A DNA stretch of 63,999 nt, the filler included, from Rozella allomycis CSF55 (Eukaryota), in the NCBI GenBank assembly GCA_000442015.1. It is 10 parts of 10 records of this genome, joined end to end, with 100 filler letters (N's around TTAATTAATTAA, not from the genome) between each part and the next. Parts side by side here need not be neighbours in the genome. Positions count along the whole stretch, not along the records: positions 55,413 to 59,521 come from KE560355.1; positions 59,622 to 61,371 come from KE560357.1; positions 61,472 to 62,873 come from KE560358.1; positions 62,974 to 63,999 come from KE560394.1; 6 more parts are not named here. One strand, 5' to 3'. Numbering within the stretch: the stretch's first letter is position 1; the number at the start of each line of letters is the position of its first letter. Position numbers and translations under genes: made by a program. The notes under the pieces are model-generated. The model was not told the origin of the DNA and made no database searches. It saw nothing but the letters and a program-made list of their open reading frames with translations. This document shows, in pieces, positions 59,260-63,999 of the stretch.

Positions 59260-59621
59260 AGATTTAGATTTGATTATCTTGACGATTTTTTGACATTTCA
59301 GTAAATTTTATATGTTGCTGTATTGAAACATCGTAAGCAGCATCACCGTTTCTTTGAAAACCTGCAATTGCAACACACGATTAACTGTGAAACAATTAAA
59401 CACGCAAAACCATGAATACGAAAAATCGCAAATCCAAACTTGTCAATGCAAACAGAGCAAGAAAGACGCTTATCAGCTCTGGAAACACTCAGCACACCAT
59501 GTCTAGACCCTCTCGGCCGCCNNNNNNNNNNNNNNNNNNNNNNNNNNNNNNNNNNNNNNNNNNNNTTAATTAATTAANNNNNNNNNNNNNNNNNNNNNNN
59601 NNNNNNNNNNNNNNNNNNNNN

Positions 59622-61371
59622 GACTCTCTTGAAAAGTACTTTAAGATGGCTGTTCGCATGGATGAACATCTCCGCCAACGCAAGTCTGATAAAATGGTTA
59701 ACTTTAATCTGTCAAGACAAAATGATCCACCTGCTGCCGATAATGAAGCAATGATTCTTGACGCTGCGCAAATTAGGGAAGTTGCCCAAGACAAAGATGC
59801 ATACAGACGAGAAGGCAGATGCTTTAACTGTGGACGCCATGGACACATTTCCCGTACATGTCGAAGAATAAAAAATGTTCAAGCTTATTCTGTTTTTCCC
59901 TCTCGTAACACTACTCATTTAATAGTGCCTTTGAAGGTAGGTAACCGACACGTCGATGCATTAGTTGACAGTGGAGCATCTTTGTCATTTGTCGACAGTA
60001 TATTTGCCAACAAAATAGGTCTACAGAAATGGAACGAAACAAAGGAAATCATAGCAGAAACAATTGATGGACGAACTTTGTCTTCAGGAACTATAAGATA
60101 CTATTCCCAACCGAAAATGCAATTGAACGGACATTGTTTTCAACCCAAGCTCAGACACATCCAATCACCTCATTTCAATATTATTCTTGGCATGGACTGG
60201 CTTATTGACAACAACCCATTTATTCACTGGAAGACCAGAACGTTAGATTTCAAACGCCCGACATATTTTGCTTGTAATGTAACACTGACAAATGAACTCA
60301 AAGAAACTTGTAACCAATGGACCTTTTTTGATAGATTTTATAGTGACTACCGAAATGTTTTCTCCAAAGAAGAGGCTGAAGTATTGCCGGAACATAGGCC
60401 GTACGATATAACAATCGATTTGATAGAAGGTAGGTCGCCACCCTTTGGACCTATTAAAATNTTTTATTGACAGATTTTATAGTGACTACCGAAACGTTTT
60501 CTCCAAAGACGAGGCTGAAGTATTGCCGGAACATAGGCCGCATGATATGACAATCGATTTGATAGAAGGTAGGTCGCCACCCTTTGGACCTATTTATAAT
60601 TCTAGTGAACCAGAAAGAATCGAACTTCAGAAGTATATTAATGAAAATTTGAAAAAGGGTTTTATAACCCACAGTAAATCCCCAGCTGGCGCCCCGTGCT
60701 TTTTGTAAAGAAGAAAGACGGATCTCTCCACATGTGTGTGGATTACCGTGGCTTGAATGCAGAAACAGTTAAGAATAGATATCCCCTCCCGCTCATATCG
60801 TCTCTTATCGACAGGTTCAAAAATGCCAAGATATTTACTAAATTAGATTTGCGGGGGGCATACAATCTAGTTCGTATCGCTGGGCCAGATCAATGGCAAC
60901 CTGCGTTTCGCACGCGCTACGGACATTACGAATACCGCGTAATGCCTTTTGGACTCACTAACGCGCCGGCTGTATTCCAAGGTCTCATGCAAGACATTTT
61001 CAAAGAGTATGTGGATGATTTTGTGGTTGTGTATCTTGATGATAGCTTAATATACTCTGAAAATGAAGAACAGCACAAAGCTCATGTCCAAAAGGTACTC
61101 CAGAGACTCCAAGAACACAAACTTTATGCGAAGATTGAGACATGCCACTTGCATACAACGGCCACCGACTTCCTTGGAATTTCTTTATCACCTGATGGCA
61201 TCGCCATGGACAAGACAAAGTTGAATGCAATATTAGACTGGCAAGCACCGAAGACGACAAAGGGAGTTCAGAGATTTTTAGGATTGACCAATTTTTATCG
61301 GAAGTTTATTAGGACCTATTCGGAGTTGACACTGCCACTAACCGATCTATTAAAGAAACATGTTAAATTTG
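59622..61371 (+). mobile_element. Ty3/gypsy (Tf2-like) gag-pol fragment, frameshifted
   Basis: CFNCGRHGHISRTC knuckle, ALVDSGA protease, RT MCVDYRGLN, MPFGLTNAPAVFQ and YLDD; 1-nt frameshift in GAPVLFV at ~60695; gaps on both sides. Confidence 0.92.
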
Positions 61372-61989
61372 NNNNNNNNNNNNNNNNNNNNNNNNNNNNN
61401 NNNNNNNNNNNNNNNTTAATTAATTAANNNNNNNNNNNNNNNNNNNNNNNNNNNNNNNNNNNNNNNNNNNNGCTTCCAACATTATCCAAGAGCCCTTTAA
61501 CTTCTTTTCTAACTTTGCTCGTGGCGCAATTTAAGAATTTCACAGTCAATGTTATCTGTTGGTACATTAAAGTATATTTTTGAATTGGATTAGTAAAATG
61601 CTGTTTGCTTGTTGAAATCCTTTACTTGATTTGTTAAATTCATCAAACTTTCAACTCAGCAGGGATTCAATTAACTCGATTATTCAGATTCACATCCTTG
61701 TGATTCCTCAATCCTCATTGATACCTACATGTTAAACCTAGCTATCGTCTGCGTGATATGGTATACCAGCATGTACATACACATCAAAAAGTTCCAAGTT
61801 TGGATCCCAGTGATTAGCAACTAGCAATATTAGGACGGATACGGCGCTCCATCTATGAATTCACAAGTGACTGATTGTTAAAACAATAAACTATAATGTC
61901 AGGCCAAAGGTTTTCCCTTTCTGTATGGAATCATCNAAAAGTTATAGTTAAAATTGGTTGTATTTATTTATGTGTTTTAAACTTTAAAT

Positions 61990-62873
61990 TTAACTTTGAA
62001 TAGCATATGGATCGATTGTGATACTTTTAGTGGCATTGTGAGTTTTGTATATACCAACTAGTCTGTTTGCTAGTTCAAACATGTTATTTCTCAGACTGAT
62101 GATTATAAATTGAGCGTTTCTAGTTCTTTCTTTAATGTAATTTGCAACGATTGAAACATTTCTAAAGTCCAAGGCCGCATCGATTTCGTCCATGACATAT
62201 AAAGGAGTTGGTTTGTAGTGATGTAGAGCGAATACTAAAGCTAGAGAGCTTAGAGTCTAATTGAGAGTAAATAAAAAAAGTACTTTTTCTCCCCCGGAAA
62301 GATTGCTAATATTTTTCCAACTTTTCTTTGGCGGCATGACACTGAAAATGATACCTTCAGAGAAAGGATCCAGACTGTCTACTAGTTCTAATTCAGCGTT
62401 ACCACCTAGAGTGATTAATTGATACATTTCTTTTAATTTTTGAGAGATTAAAGAAAACCCATGCATGAATTCGTCGTATCTCTTTTTAACAAGGGAATCA
62501 TAGTTTGCTTTTGCATTGTCACATTTTAGTTGAAATTCAGTTAAATTTTTAGAGAGATTTAAATATTCAAGATTCTTCTTTTTGTATTCATTGAGAACAC
62601 TTAAATTTGGATTTAAAGATTTAATTTTTTCTTCAAGAGAATTTATTTCTCTTCCAAGTTTAACATCATTAAAACTCTCCAATTCATCATTTGTGTAAAT
62701 TTTGAATGTTTCTTCAATGTCACTTTTAAAATAATTAATCTATTTTCTTACTTTATTGGTTGAAGAGATAACTTCTTTAATTTGGTTTTGAATATTTGTA
62801 AATCTTTTTCTAGATTAGTAAATTTCTTTTCTAGATCTTGTAATCTTAAATTTAATTCCATCTATTTAAAACA
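61990..62873 (-). CDS. SMC4: Condensin subunit Smc4, C-terminal part
   Basis: LELVDSLDPFSEG..PPKKSWKNISNLSGGEK|TLSSLALVFALHHYKPTPLYVMDEIDAALDFRNVSIV. Confidence 0.95.
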
Positions 62874-62973
62874 NNNNNNNNNNNNNNNNNNNNNNNNNNN
62901 NNNNNNNNNNNNNNNNNTTAATTAATTAANNNNNNNNNNNNNNNNNNNNNNNNNNNNNNNNNNNNNNNNNNNN

Positions 62974-63281
62974 TTGTGCGTTATTCGAATAAAAAGAGAC
63001 ATTGGGAAATAGAGCATAACGCGGGAATTCAGTTGCGTGAACTTATAAAAGAACAAGGTTGGAGTATTTCTTTTCTCCTTAGCAGTTTGCTAGAAACTGC
63101 CAAAACGAGAAATGTAATAGAGAACGACATGAAGAGAAAATTAAATCGGATGCGTGAGCGTCTTACCGAAGCATTGCTTACAAAAATAAGAGGCATTGAC
63201 AATTCAATCATGAGCATTGTAGATTTCCAACATCATCCACAATATGGTCTTAAGCATTGGCCTCAACACATTTCAGTATAA
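62974..63281 (+). CDS. Partial hypothetical protein
   Basis: Open frame running out of the gap; no family recognised. Confidence 0.3.
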
Positions 63282-63367
63282 CCATCCACATGGTCTACAG
63301 ATGACATGATCTTTTTAGAACGCATAATAGATTTAATCGAAGTCCAATTTTTAGAATAAAGATATCT

Positions 63368-63999
63368 TTATTTTTCCAACTGTTTTATAAACATCGATAG
63401 CCCTTTTAATTCTATCGTCGAGATCATCTCATGATATAGATCGTTCGCGGTTTGCTTTAGAATGGCAATATCATTAACTTTCTTTGCTATCATTTCTTGA
63501 TGTCGAGGTAGATTAAACGATATGATGGGGACTTCATACTTCATGATACGCTTTAAATCATTAACGCGAAATTCTAATTCTTCAAAGTGCTTCCATAAAT
63601 CCACATTATTTTTAAGTTTCACATCTTCAATTAATATATCTAAATGAGATAATATAAATTCTTCGGATAAATGATTGCAAGTGGGCTGCATGCTATTGTA
63701 CGAGTTGATTTGGGCATTGAGGGTCTTCTTTGTTTCCTTCAGTTCCTTTTTATAGTATTGAAGCGCTTTAGTGCCTATACGTTTATTTAATTTTGCATAA
63801 GTTTCCTTTATCTTCACAGAACTAAGTCTGATTTCTTCGAGGATGTCATTAGATATTCCAGGTGACACTAGAGTCATACGCCGATTGTCACGCCTCTTAG
63901 ACAATTGCTTTTGAACTTCTTTATAACTAGGCAAATCTTTGTATAAATGAGAGGATAAAAAATTTAATGATTTAGTAATTCTATTTTTAATAGGTGTCA
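63368..63999 (-). CDS. Hypothetical coiled-coil protein, 5' end probably beyond an intron or the window edge
   Basis: 188-aa Lys/Glu-rich ORF. Confidence 0.45.
   Translation of the reverse strand, partial: TPIKNRITKSLNFLSSHLYKDLPSYKEVQKQLSKRRDNRRMTLVSPGISNDILEEIRLSSVKIKETYAKLNKRIGTKALQYYKKELKETKKTLNAQINSYNSMQPTCNHLSEEFILSHLDILIEDVKLKNNVDLWKHFEELEFRVNDLKRIMKYEVPIISFNLPRHQEMIAKKVNDIAILKQTANDLYHEMISTIELKGLSMFIKQLEK

Noticed and set aside
60690-60710. Programmed ribosomal frameshift in the gypsy element
   Set aside because: The shift lies inside the conserved RT motif GAPVLFV and other RT motifs are also degraded, so decay or sequence error is more likely.
61472-61935. Gene fragment or ncRNA between the gap and the SMC4 3' end
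   Set aside because: No ORF of 60 aa or more and no recognisable motif.
14076-62873. Functional cluster of replication genes (POL2, MCM2, POLK, SMC4, DP)
   Set aside because: Interleaved with unrelated genes and spread over separate contigs; expected by chance in a gene-dense genome.

Overview
This is a compact, AT-rich eukaryotic scaffold. Ultra-short GT-AG introns, a DP (E2F partner) gene, an ADCY10-type soluble adenylyl cyclase and microsporidia-like promoter signals best fit an early-diverging fungus such as Rozella (inference, not a database result). Nine 100-nt N/TTAATTAATTAA/N linkers join contigs, so adjacency across them is unproven. Many single Ns flank duplicated, slightly divergent haplotype segments. 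Content: an apparently intact Ty1/copia element whose gag-pol ORF is missing from the ORF track, a partial tRNA-Gly, sAC, UTP23, POL2, USE1, MCM2, YIPF6, type II PI4K, an AlkD-like gene, CENP-S, a YTH protein, RICTOR, RPS11, GT14, RPL18 (hosting an snR64/SNORD74-like snoRNA), SWIRM, DP, PHB2, Pol kappa, two paralogous secreted proteins, a decayed Ty3/gypsy fragment and SMC4. The most unusual signals are: (1) kilobase-scale G/C strand-skew domains that flip inside single genes and also appear in introns; (2) an ACCC(C)TG/ACCCTTG element, often with AAATTT, just upstream of many start codons; (3) introns clustered at about 25-30 nt. Multi-exon coordinates were read by hand and are approximate.
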